Translations under genes and position numbers: made by a program
Virus record (IMG/VR): IMGVR_UViG_3300025751_003710
Strand: one strand, 5' to 3'
DNA from: an uncultured virus (IMG/VR IMGVR_UViG_3300025751_003710)
Taxonomy: Duplodnaviria > Heunggongvirae > Uroviricota > Caudoviricetes
DNA: 64,000 bases
Notes under the pieces: generated by a model
What the model was told of the DNA's origin: nothing
The model's database searches: none
Seen by the model: the letters and a program-made list of their open reading frames with translations, nothing else
Shown here: piece by piece, positions 57,101 through 64,000 of the stretch
Numbering within the stretch: the stretch's first letter is position 1
How the letters are laid out: the number at the start of each line of letters is the position of its first letter

Positions 57101-59421
57101 TAGGTGAAATTGGAATTGGAACAACGGCCGTTGGTGAAAGTAACATTACTGGAAATAGTATTGTTTCTAGAGATGGTTTCCTGTACTTAGATTCTGAAGG
57201 TGGAAGAGTTGTAGTTGAAGATACATTAGATGTTTCTGAAAGATTGCTTCTTTCGGGAACATCAGACATGACTGGTATTGTAACTATCAGAGCTGGTCTT
57301 GTTCCACATTCAAACAAGAGTTGTGGTCTTGCAACGGTTGGAAAAGCATTCAGTCATGCACATATTGGTGATTTAGAAATAGCTTTAGGTACAACAAATG
57401 GTGTTACTGAACAAACAATAACCACAAGAACTGGTTCTTTATACCTTTCAGCAAATGCAGCAACAGATGATGTTGTTTCTGAAAGAGATTTCACCGTACA
57501 GAAAAAATTAAAAGTAGATGAAACTTCTGTTCTCACAGGAATAGTTAGTGTTACTAATGGTATTTGGCCAACTACAACACTTACAGGAACTCTTGGAACA
57601 GATGTTAAACCATTTAAATCTGCATTTATTGGTCAAATCTCTATTGGAGCAACTGATACTGGAATAGATGGTGGTGATGGTGCTAATGTAATTACAACAG
57701 AAGAAGCAAATACGAGATTATTCTTGGACTCTACTGCTGGAACAGTCCAAATAAGGGATAATCTTGAAGTTGATGGAACATCAAAATTTGATCAACAAGT
57801 AGACTTTAGAGCTAATGCTATTGTTCATACACAAATTCTACCCGATGCAGATAAAGGTGCTTCACTTGGTGCAGCAGATAAAGCATTTAGTCAAGGACAC
57901 TTTGGCAATATTAGTATTGCTGGTGGTGTAGATACTCAAAATGATGATGATAACTTAATCTATGCTACAGATAATGAGTTAAAACTTGATGCTGCTAATG
58001 GAAAAGTTGATATTTTAAATGATCTTGAAGTTAGTAGAAATGCTGATTTTGTAAATGAATCTGGATTTACAACATTCAGAGGATCAGTTTATTTTAGAAA
58101 TGCAATTCTCCCACTTGCTAATGAAGGTAGTGGACTTGGTAATGAAGATCTAGCTTTTAATGATGCATACATTGATGAAATTATCATTGATGAAAATAAA
58201 ATTAGATCGAGAGTGGATGGAGAAGGTATTGGTCAAAATTTAAGACTGGAACCATCTAGTGGTATTGTTGATATTCAATATGATGCTACACTTGGTAGAG
58301 ATCTTAGTGTAACAGGAATTACTACATTAACTGGTGATGTTAACTTTGATGGTAACTTGATACCAGTAACTGATAGTTCAATAATAGGAACTGCAAATAC
58401 TGCATTTGGAGCAGCATATATTGATGATATAGTATTGGATGGACATAAACTTTCCGTTGCTACTGCTGATACAAATCTTGAACTTCAAGCAGGAAGTGGA
58501 ACAGGTGTAATTGATTTCAAATCAGAAGTTGAACTTAGTAGTGCAAAACTGACAGGTAATATAACATTAGAGAATTCTACTCTATATGTTAACAATGCCT
58601 CAGAACAAGCACAAATTACACTTTCTCCAACTGCTGTAGATATTAAGCAAGATGTAACTATATCAGATACTTTATCTGTAGAAAAAGTAACCATTACTGG
58701 ATTGGATGGTACTAATGTTAGAACTGCTGCATTCTTACAAGTTGGAGCATCAAATGCTACACTTGCAAGTAGCAGTAAAACAACTGGAGCTTTAGTAGTT
58801 TATGGTGGAGCAGGTATTAATGGAACAGTATATGCATCCAATATTAATGCTTCAACTTCACAATCAACTCTTCATTCATTATCAGTTACCAATAGTGGTT
58901 CATACGATGGTAATTTGACTGTTAATGGCACATTAGTTGCAAATGGAGGTATTACTGGTACTGTTCAATTTGCTAATAGAGCAACTAATGTTGCGGGTGG
59001 AGCAGCAGGAAGAATACTTTATCAATCAGGATCGAATGTAACAACTAATAGTGCCAGTTTAGTATTCTATACCAGTGGATCAACAAAAGAATTACGTGTT
59101 GGTGGTGATATTGTTGCATTCTATAGTTCAGATGAAAGATTCAAGGATAATATCAAGAAAATTGATAATCCTTTAGAGAAAGTTCTTTCTATTGGTGGAT
59201 ACACATTTGATTGGAATGAAAAATCTGGTAAAAAAGATTATGGTTCAGAAACAGGTGTTATTGCACAAGAAATTGAAAAACTTGGATTACCTGGAGTAGT
59301 TGAAACCAGAGAAGATGGTCATCTTGCAGTTCGTTATGACAAACTTGTTCCACTGTTAATTGAGTCAATTAAAGAACTCAACAATAAAGTTGAGGAATTA
59401 CAAAATCGATTCGATAAATAA
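51109..59421 (+). CDS. Giant virion structural/tail fibre protein (2770 aa) with a C-terminal S74 chaperone
   Basis: MPLNKLENF...ILYV...D.TDS..N.G.S...PFKTIQRAL; about 80-aa shaft repeats; SSDERFKDNI...GVIAQE...VRYDKLVPLLIESIKEL. Confidence 0.85.
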   Translation: MPLNKLENFIKNYEGRILYVNSNDLDATDSVTNQGNSLAKPFKTIQRALIESARFSFVPGENNDKNDRTTILVFPGDHIIDNRPGWGILDGGVALANAKSPSGAVVSPASNIFDLSLQTNFDLTQEDNALYKFNSVNGGVVIPRGTSIVGLDLRKTKIKPKYVPNPTDDSVPTASIFRVTGNCFFWNFSFFDADSSEEVYTDNQVFTEVSGNKALPTFSHHKLTCFEYCDGVNIPTGYEQTDLDMYYAKLSNAFNQASDREIPESQKFPLLPEGFSKIRSEWEIVGAFATDPVQITDIFSGDRATANSTVTVTTNVPHGFSVDTPITIRGVNVFDYNISTVVQTVPSPTTFTYQIQAVRNDLSADPGGDASVIIDTDTVKGSSPYIFNCSLRSVWGMNGMHADGSKASGFRSMVVAQFTAISLQKDDRAFVKYDPFSKTYLGVPRTGEDGYENSKGAELSSGSAQTDPSRVYHLDADAIYRRGWETSHIRMSNDSIIQVVSVFAIGFNKHFVAESGGDASITNSNSNFGQIALSAEGFKKESFSKDNYGYITSIITPKSIKRVEQSTDWLTIDIDKTTNIGISSHLYLFGFTTLDNPPPSLVSGAKVGAREDENLNLILPGIAQTLTSGKILMTDNVVTPTQLWSEGTTSSVKEYQISQYAQAPDYQTIVTSKIHNIQTGEKIVFVSDTGELPDNIEQGVVYYAIRGAGVQSSQLKVATSLTNAINGVAIKVNGGANLRVLSRVIDKDSGDFGHPIQFDENNSNWFIHVDAANTIYTNVVDGGQVAFDNEPRTNSTFVNRIPDPRSLDERLYKVRIVVPKEAPNAKSPAEGFVIQETSKTAALENSEFTLSNIGLNNFDYKRNYRYIANITEATDVVTVTTEVPHSLKLGDRVLIKKVKSTENTTGLDNKGYNGDFIVTGITNHKQFTYSTTDINGIEHNVGVFTQPTVRDNNLPFYERNDLQSNLYIYRVETITPYSFNAQDGVYHAYVLKADRAIPNHFTDYKYSQNVVDLYPQQDRDNIDENPSAAFSYAKNSPLGDVVTNDLKKSITREALDTLIKDLGGALTIDSVGTFDSAQGTIEITFDREHGFNGINGYTTITGNTGNSFAEGTSYNVRLLNQNALWNGATATVTVNQGQGNISSLEISDHGCGYTNNQILSVEGFSPVTITVTDSCISKSENDILEISGIGTASDNLLRIASVTDTTTVAVARTSGDPIIVTGQYATQVGPSTITKEVQFDSSVGITTFIFEHGHMMSVGNKFKIVNDDIADSYNVGDFFVKEVVGVHTFTATTTNSIGTGNTHRIMRYAFNANDALSNASNENIGSRGHHIYDGDYAILKEDVSAIDSSGTATFAIETANAGIGTVTRFDLGSYILINSEIMRISSDSLSGSGNDKVTAIRGYFGTTKDNHKEGALIKKIKVMPIELRRPSILRASGHTFEYLGFGPGNYSTGLPQIQVKTLTDREDYLAQSQERSGGSALYTGMNSDGDFFIGNTKLNAQSGEEESFDIPVATVTGQDPSRLSVLYDEAIIRERIVVEGGKSKQILSQFDGPVNFSENVIYNSEQVKVNALLVTSGLVRFNNITESESNSTGSVVMRGGLGVLKNLNVGGNLVVTGITTFDGDVTFNKGLIPESIESAYIGTEGRPWSQAWIGGIGIATEGVPGGTEPEDRLINGWTGDLLLTSSAGIVSVTDDLTVGNYLLVKENSGFTGVATFGSDLLPAIAAPNTADGREDDDVGVGIGSTGIAFRDAHIGAVQVGYSSVNTIDTSASDLILDSSTDEVYVDSNLTVNKVLTVIEGSTFTQEAIFDQNILPRNDDPALNSSVGSNQKRWSAAYIDAVEIGVGKTNQIYGGHNSDLILDSDTNKVHVESRLFVDNDSEFSGIVTVKKSIQPNSSAGEGACGIGSTDRRFTEAFIDDIQIGWNGTAEIDTRTGNLTLDSEGGTVEVDDHLDVNETLNVDGQSEFTGIVTFKAGILPDVEDGAYIGSADKPFEKAWIGEIGIGTTAVGESNITGNSIVSRDGFLYLDSEGGRVVVEDTLDVSERLLLSGTSDMTGIVTIRAGLVPHSNKSCGLATVGKAFSHAHIGDLEIALGTTNGVTEQTITTRTGSLYLSANAATDDVVSERDFTVQKKLKVDETSVLTGIVSVTNGIWPTTTLTGTLGTDVKPFKSAFIGQISIGATDTGIDGGDGANVITTEEANTRLFLDSTAGTVQIRDNLEVDGTSKFDQQVDFRANAIVHTQILPDADKGASLGAADKAFSQGHFGNISIAGGVDTQNDDDNLIYATDNELKLDAANGKVDILNDLEVSRNADFVNESGFTTFRGSVYFRNAILPLANEGSGLGNEDLAFNDAYIDEIIIDENKIRSRVDGEGIGQNLRLEPSSGIVDIQYDATLGRDLSVTGITTLTGDVNFDGNLIPVTDSSIIGTANTAFGAAYIDDIVLDGHKLSVATADTNLELQAGSGTGVIDFKSEVELSSAKLTGNITLENSTLYVNNASEQAQITLSPTAVDIKQDVTISDTLSVEKVTITGLDGTNVRTAAFLQVGASNATLASSSKTTGALVVYGGAGINGTVYASNINASTSQSTLHSLSVTNSGSYDGNLTVNGTLVANGGITGTVQFANRATNVAGGAAGRILYQSGSNVTTNSASLVFYTSGSTKELRVGGDIVAFYSSDERFKDNIKKIDNPLEKVLSIGGYTFDWNEKSGKKDYGSETGVIAQEIEKLGLPGVVETREDGHLAVRYDKLVPLLIESIKELNNKVEELQNRFDK

Positions 59422-59450
59422 CTAAAACGGATTAGCAGCTAAATCTAGAA

Positions 59451-62400
59451 ATGCCAAATTATAATAAGTCATTTAACTTTAGAAATGGCGTCCAGGTTGA
59501 TGAAGATAACTTTTTCGTTAATTCAACGGGAAATATTGGAATAGGGACCACTATTCCAAGATCAACACTGGACTTGCGTGGTGATTTAACAGTAAGTGGT
59601 TTTACAACATCAGCAACCTCTTATAGCGGAATTGGATCATTTGGAACTTTATTTTTAGGTAGTGACATTCAACTGGATTCCGAATCTGGTATTATCACTG
59701 CTGCTAGTTTCTATGGAGATGGATCTACTTTAGATAACTTACCAGGATCTAAATGGATATCAGTAGATCCTCAAAATGCTAGTGATGCCATTTATTCAAC
59801 AGCTGCGGGAGATGGTGTTGTTGGTGTGGCAACAACAAATCCATCACCAACTAAAAGATATGCATTTCAGGTTGGTGAAGAACCAGAAGATGCTGATCCA
59901 AATATAATATTATCTGGTGGTGTTGGAATTACTTCCAATGGATATATTAATGCAACTGGTATTATAACAGCAACTGAAGGATTTAGTGGACCAGGGGGAC
60001 AAATTACTGGTATTAATGCTAGTAATGTTGCGTCTGGAACACTGAATACTGCAGTTTTACCAACTCAAATCAATATAGTCGGTGTAGCAACTATTAGTGA
60101 TGTTGTTGTTGGTAATGGAGCAACAGTTGCTGGTGTATCTACATTTACAGATCAAGGATTAACTGCAAAGAATGTAACCGCTGCCGCATTTACTGGAGGA
60201 ACAATATATTCAGATTCGGTAGTAACAATTGATCAGACAACTGGATATATTAATTTTACAAATGGTGGTGGTATTAGAGTTTCTGATCAAGTTGGTGCTG
60301 GTGGCAGCTTCTTAGTTGCAGATTCAACTGGTGGACTTGTTTGGGCTAGTGATTTAACTCTTGGTGGTATTGCAACAGTAGGATTTTTAACAGCTAGACA
60401 AATATTTTCAAGAGGAATTACTACTACGAGTACTCTTGATGTTACAACTAGTGCAGATATTGCAACTCTGAATGTAGGAAAGATAGTTTCTAACATACCA
60501 GCACAAACAAATGAAATTACTAGAATTACTTCTGGTATAATTACTACAACTGATTTTAATGCAACTACTTCCGATATTGGTGTAGGAGAAGGAACATCTC
60601 TTGATTTAGAAAGATTGGATGTTAGTGGCATTGGAACTGTTGCAAATTTACATGCAGGTAATATTAGAATTAATGTAGAAACTGATAAAATAACTTCAGA
60701 ATCAACATCTCTTCAAATTGGAGGAGAAGATGATACTGTAACTGTTGGTAATGATCTCGTAGTTAGTGGTACATCTAAATTTACAGGTATTGCAACATTT
60801 GGGGCAGGCATAGCAGCAAATACAAACAATACTGGTAGTATTGGTGCAGAAGGAAAGTCATTTGGAGAAGCATTTATAGGATCTATTGGTATTGCCACAG
60901 ATAATGATACCAAAATTGATACTTTAACTGGAGACTTAAATCTTGACGCAGATAGTGGAAAAGTAAATGTTAAGGTTTCTTTAGAGGTTGATAAGTCTCT
61001 TATTGTAGAGGAAACATCAAGATTTACTGGAATATCTTCTTATGAAGCAGATTTAATTCCTTTCAGTAATCAAGGTGCTTCTTTAGGATCTTCTACCAAT
61101 AAGTTTGGTGCAGCACATATTGATAATATTACAATAGGTGAAACAGATGCTCAAGAGATAAAAACTTCTACTGGAGATTTAAAACTATCTACAGCAAATG
61201 CAGGTAAAGTATCAATTAGTACAAATACTACAATTGATTATCAATTAACCACCAAAAATTTAACTGTTAGTGCAGCTTCTAGTATTGGTGGTGATATTGT
61301 TCCAATTGAAGGAACAGATCCTGCACCAAATTTGGGTGCGAGTGGAAGAATTTTTGGTTCTGCATATATTGGTAATACTAAAATTGGTGCATCAGATCAG
61401 AACACAATAGATACGTCTTCTGGAGCTTTAAATTTAGATGCTAATAGTAATTTGGTTCATGTAAAATCTAACTTGGAAGTTGATAATCACTTACAAGTTG
61501 ATCAGGGTGCTACTTTATCTGGAATTTCAACAATTGTTACTGGATTAAAGGCAGATAGTGATAAAGGTGCATATATTGGCGCATCAGATAAAGCTTTTAG
61601 TGCAGCATATATTAATGAATTAACAATTGGTGTTTCTGGAAATACTGGTTTAGTTAGTACGAGAACTGGTGATTTAACATTAGATTCATTTAGTGGAACG
61701 ACTGATATTAAAGGAGACGTAACTGTAGCTGGAGAACTTACCGTTAGTGGACTATCAACATCAAGTGTTAACGGTGATCTTGAAGTAAATGGGGATGTTT
61801 TTCCAAAACTTAATACAGATGTTAGTATTGGAAAAACAACAAAGAGATATGCAGCAGCATATATTGATGATATCCAAATTGGACACAGTGGTCAAGGAAC
61901 AATTGATACAAGAACTGGCAATCTTACGTTAGATGCTCAGGGTGGTACCGTAGATTTAAATGCCAATTTAGATGTACAGGATCGTCTTATTGTTGGTGGA
62001 TCTGCTGATATATCAGGTATTACAACTTTTAGGTCAAAAATTCTTCCCAACACAGATGCTTCGAGTGATACAACACTTGGAGCATCAGATAAAGCGATTG
62101 GAAAGGCATATGTTGGTGATGTACAAATTGCAGATAATACTGCAAATGTTATTAATACGAGATCTGGTAATTTAGTTTTAGATTCTACTGGTGGTACTGT
62201 TAATATACAAGATCAATTAGATGTAGATGAACATGCAACATTTGATAAAGGAATAACAGTTACTGGAGTTTCTACATATACGGGTAATTTATTAGCATCC
62301 ACAGATGAAGGTGCTAATATTGGTTCTCCAACAAAAAGATTTAATGAGGGATATTTCTCTAATCTAACTCTTGGTGTTGATGGTGAACATATACTTGGAT

Positions 62401-64000
62401 CTACAGTAGTTAATCTTGGAATAGGAACTGTTGGAAATATGGTTTCTGTTGGTGGAACATTAACAGTAACTGGAAAATTAACTGCAAATGTAGAAAGTAA
62501 TTTAGGTGGTAAAACTGAATTTGGCACTGGTTTAGTTCCAACTTCTGATGTTGGAAGTTATATTGGAACTACTGGAAAGAGATTCTCCGAAGCTCACATT
62601 GGAAATATAAAAATTGCTCAAACAGATGACCAAACAATTTCAACTAAATCTGGTGAATTAAAACTCACATCAACAGGTGTTGCTGCAACAACTAGAGTTC
62701 TTAATAATTTAACTGTTGATAAAACTTTAACTGTTACTGAATTATCAAAATTTAGTGGAATTGGATCATTTGTTGATGGATTAATACCAACAGCATCAAA
62801 GGGAGCTTACTTAGGATTAACTGGTTTTGAGTGGTCGGAAGCTCATGTGGATGATATTACACTTGGTGTTGATTCACCAACAACAATTAATACTATACAA
62901 TCAGATTTAGTTTTAGATGCAAATACTAATCTTGTTGTAGTAAATGCTAAACTTTCAGTTGGATCTGGATTAACAGTCAGTGGTGATATTGATGCTGGTC
63001 CACTTTATGTAGATGATACTAATAATCGAATTGGTGTTGGAACAACAGCACCAACAGTAGATTTAGAAGTTTTTGCAGATGGAAATGATTCCACTTTACG
63101 AATCAATTCTTTAGACGATAGTTCATCTCCGATTTTGAGTTTAAAATCTGGATCTAAAGAAGCAGTATTGAAAATGAATGATGATGGTAATAGTGAATTA
63201 CTGATATCAAATACAACTACTGGTCCAATCATAATAAATCTTGAGGATAATACAATTAATGGTATCAATACTGGTAATTTTGTATTGAGACATAAAACAG
63301 ATGATTTGCTGACTGTAACATATGAGGGATCGGTTGGTATTGGAAGTGATATACCTAAAGAAACATTTGATGTTGTTGGTACATCAACTGTTTCTGGTAA
63401 TTCTTTCGTTGGTGGTAATTTAGAAGTTGATGGTGATATTAGTTTTAATGGTACACTTAACTATACTGTCCCAGATGGTGAAAACTTAAGTCTTGGTATT
63501 GTAACAACAGGCAGACTTAGAGTTGGTTCATCAGGTACGTTTACCGCAGAATCTGCAGCATATTTTGAAGATGATATTTTCTTACATGAAAATGCATCTA
63601 TAAGGTCACGTGTAACTGGTGCTGCCGTTTCTATCAGTCAATTAAGAGTTTTAAATGACTCGGAATTCACTGGTGTATCTACATTTAGTGCTGAAATAAA
63701 TGTATTTAATAACTCATCTATTATATTATACAATGATGCAACAGTTGCAGCTGCTACAACCTTTGTATCAATAGAACCAAATAGAATTGGTGTTGAAGAA
63801 CTAGTTGCAACTGAAGTAGATTCTACATTAGTTACTGCTGATAGTATTCAGGTTGGAATCACAACTATTTCCGAATATGTTGATTTAAATGGTGATCTTG
63901 AAGTAAGTGGTATTGTTACCACTACAGGTACTAGAGTTTCTTTGGGTGGAACAATATATGGACCTGATGGTGAATTGTTTATTGGTGGTTCAAACACTGT
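59451..64000 (+). CDS. Tail fibre protein, 3' truncated by the window edge (absent from the ORF track)
   Basis: MPNYNKSFNFRNGVQVDEDNFFVNSTGNIGIGTTIP...; same shaft repeats as the upstream gene; no stop seen where the frame was read. Confidence 0.8.
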   Translation, partial: MPNYNKSFNFRNGVQVDEDNFFVNSTGNIGIGTTIPRSTLDLRGDLTVSGFTTSATSYSGIGSFGTLFLGSDIQLDSESGIITAASFYGDGSTLDNLPGSKWISVDPQNASDAIYSTAAGDGVVGVATTNPSPTKRYAFQVGEEPEDADPNIILSGGVGITSNGYINATGIITATEGFSGPGGQITGINASNVASGTLNTAVLPTQINIVGVATISDVVVGNGATVAGVSTFTDQGLTAKNVTAAAFTGGTIYSDSVVTIDQTTGYINFTNGGGIRVSDQVGAGGSFLVADSTGGLVWASDLTLGGIATVGFLTARQIFSRGITTTSTLDVTTSADIATLNVGKIVSNIPAQTNEITRITSGIITTTDFNATTSDIGVGEGTSLDLERLDVSGIGTVANLHAGNIRINVETDKITSESTSLQIGGEDDTVTVGNDLVVSGTSKFTGIATFGAGIAANTNNTGSIGAEGKSFGEAFIGSIGIATDNDTKIDTLTGDLNLDADSGKVNVKVSLEVDKSLIVEETSRFTGISSYEADLIPFSNQGASLGSSTNKFGAAHIDNITIGETDAQEIKTSTGDLKLSTANAGKVSISTNTTIDYQLTTKNLTVSAASSIGGDIVPIEGTDPAPNLGASGRIFGSAYIGNTKIGASDQNTIDTSSGALNLDANSNLVHVKSNLEVDNHLQVDQGATLSGISTIVTGLKADSDKGAYIGASDKAFSAAYINELTIGVSGNTGLVSTRTGDLTLDSFSGTTDIKGDVTVAGELTVSGLSTSSVNGDLEVNGDVFPKLNTDVSIGKTTKRYAAAYIDDIQIGHSGQGTIDTRTGNLTLDAQGGTVDLNANLDVQDRLIVGGSADISGITTFRSKILPNTDASSDTTLGASDKAIGKAYVGDVQIADNTANVINTRSGNLVLDSTGGTVNIQDQLDVDEHATFDKGITVTGVSTYTGNLLASTDEGANIGSPTKRFNEGYFSNLTLGVDGEHILGSTVVNLGIGTVGNMVSVGGTLTVTGKLTANVESNLGGKTEFGTGLVPTSDVGSYIGTTGKRFSEAHIGNIKIAQTDDQTISTKSGELKLTSTGVAATTRVLNNLTVDKTLTVTELSKFSGIGSFVDGLIPTASKGAYLGLTGFEWSEAHVDDITLGVDSPTTINTIQSDLVLDANTNLVVVNAKLSVGSGLTVSGDIDAGPLYVDDTNNRIGVGTTAPTVDLEVFADGNDSTLRINSLDDSSSPILSLKSGSKEAVLKMNDDGNSELLISNTTTGPIIINLEDNTINGINTGNFVLRHKTDDLLTVTYEGSVGIGSDIPKETFDVVGTSTVSGNSFVGGNLEVDGDISFNGTLNYTVPDGENLSLGIVTTGRLRVGSSGTFTAESAAYFEDDIFLHENASIRSRVTGAAVSISQLRVLNDSEFTGVSTFSAEINVFNNSSIILYNDATVAAATTFVSIEPNRIGVEELVATEVDSTLVTADSIQVGITTISEYVDLNGDLEVSGIVTTTGTRVSLGGTIYGPDGELFIGGSNT

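Overview
This window is a segment of an AT-rich T4-like cyanophage (cyanomyovirus-type) genome. From left to right it holds: (1) the end of a sugar/LPS-type island: a RuBisCO-like protein C-terminus, a GDPD-like enzyme, a multi-glycosyltransferase/TPR fusion and a WavE-like protein; (2) glutaredoxin and conserved small genes; (3) a nitrogen-regulation-like cassette: an NtcA box and sigma70 promoter, two tandem glutamine-riboswitch-like (glnA/Downstream-peptide) aptamers that each enclose a whole small ORF in their P2 loop, a DUF4278-like YRG peptide, and a second NtcA box; (4) core genes thyX, phoH, a Cas4-like exonuclease, gp33, gp59 and gp32; (5) the baseplate block gp53, gp48, gp2-like, gp4, gp54-like, gp26/gp51 (with a candidate -1 frameshift), tape-measure-like proteins and a split gp5; (6) giant tail-fibre genes with Gln-rich collagen, reelin-like, subtilase, RCC1, LamG and S74 chaperone domains; (7) a sigma70-promoter island with a Phd/YefM-like gene, a manA-like structured RNA and two tRNAs; (8) two more giant fibre genes, the last running off the window. 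All family assignments come from motif recognition by eye; no database search was run.
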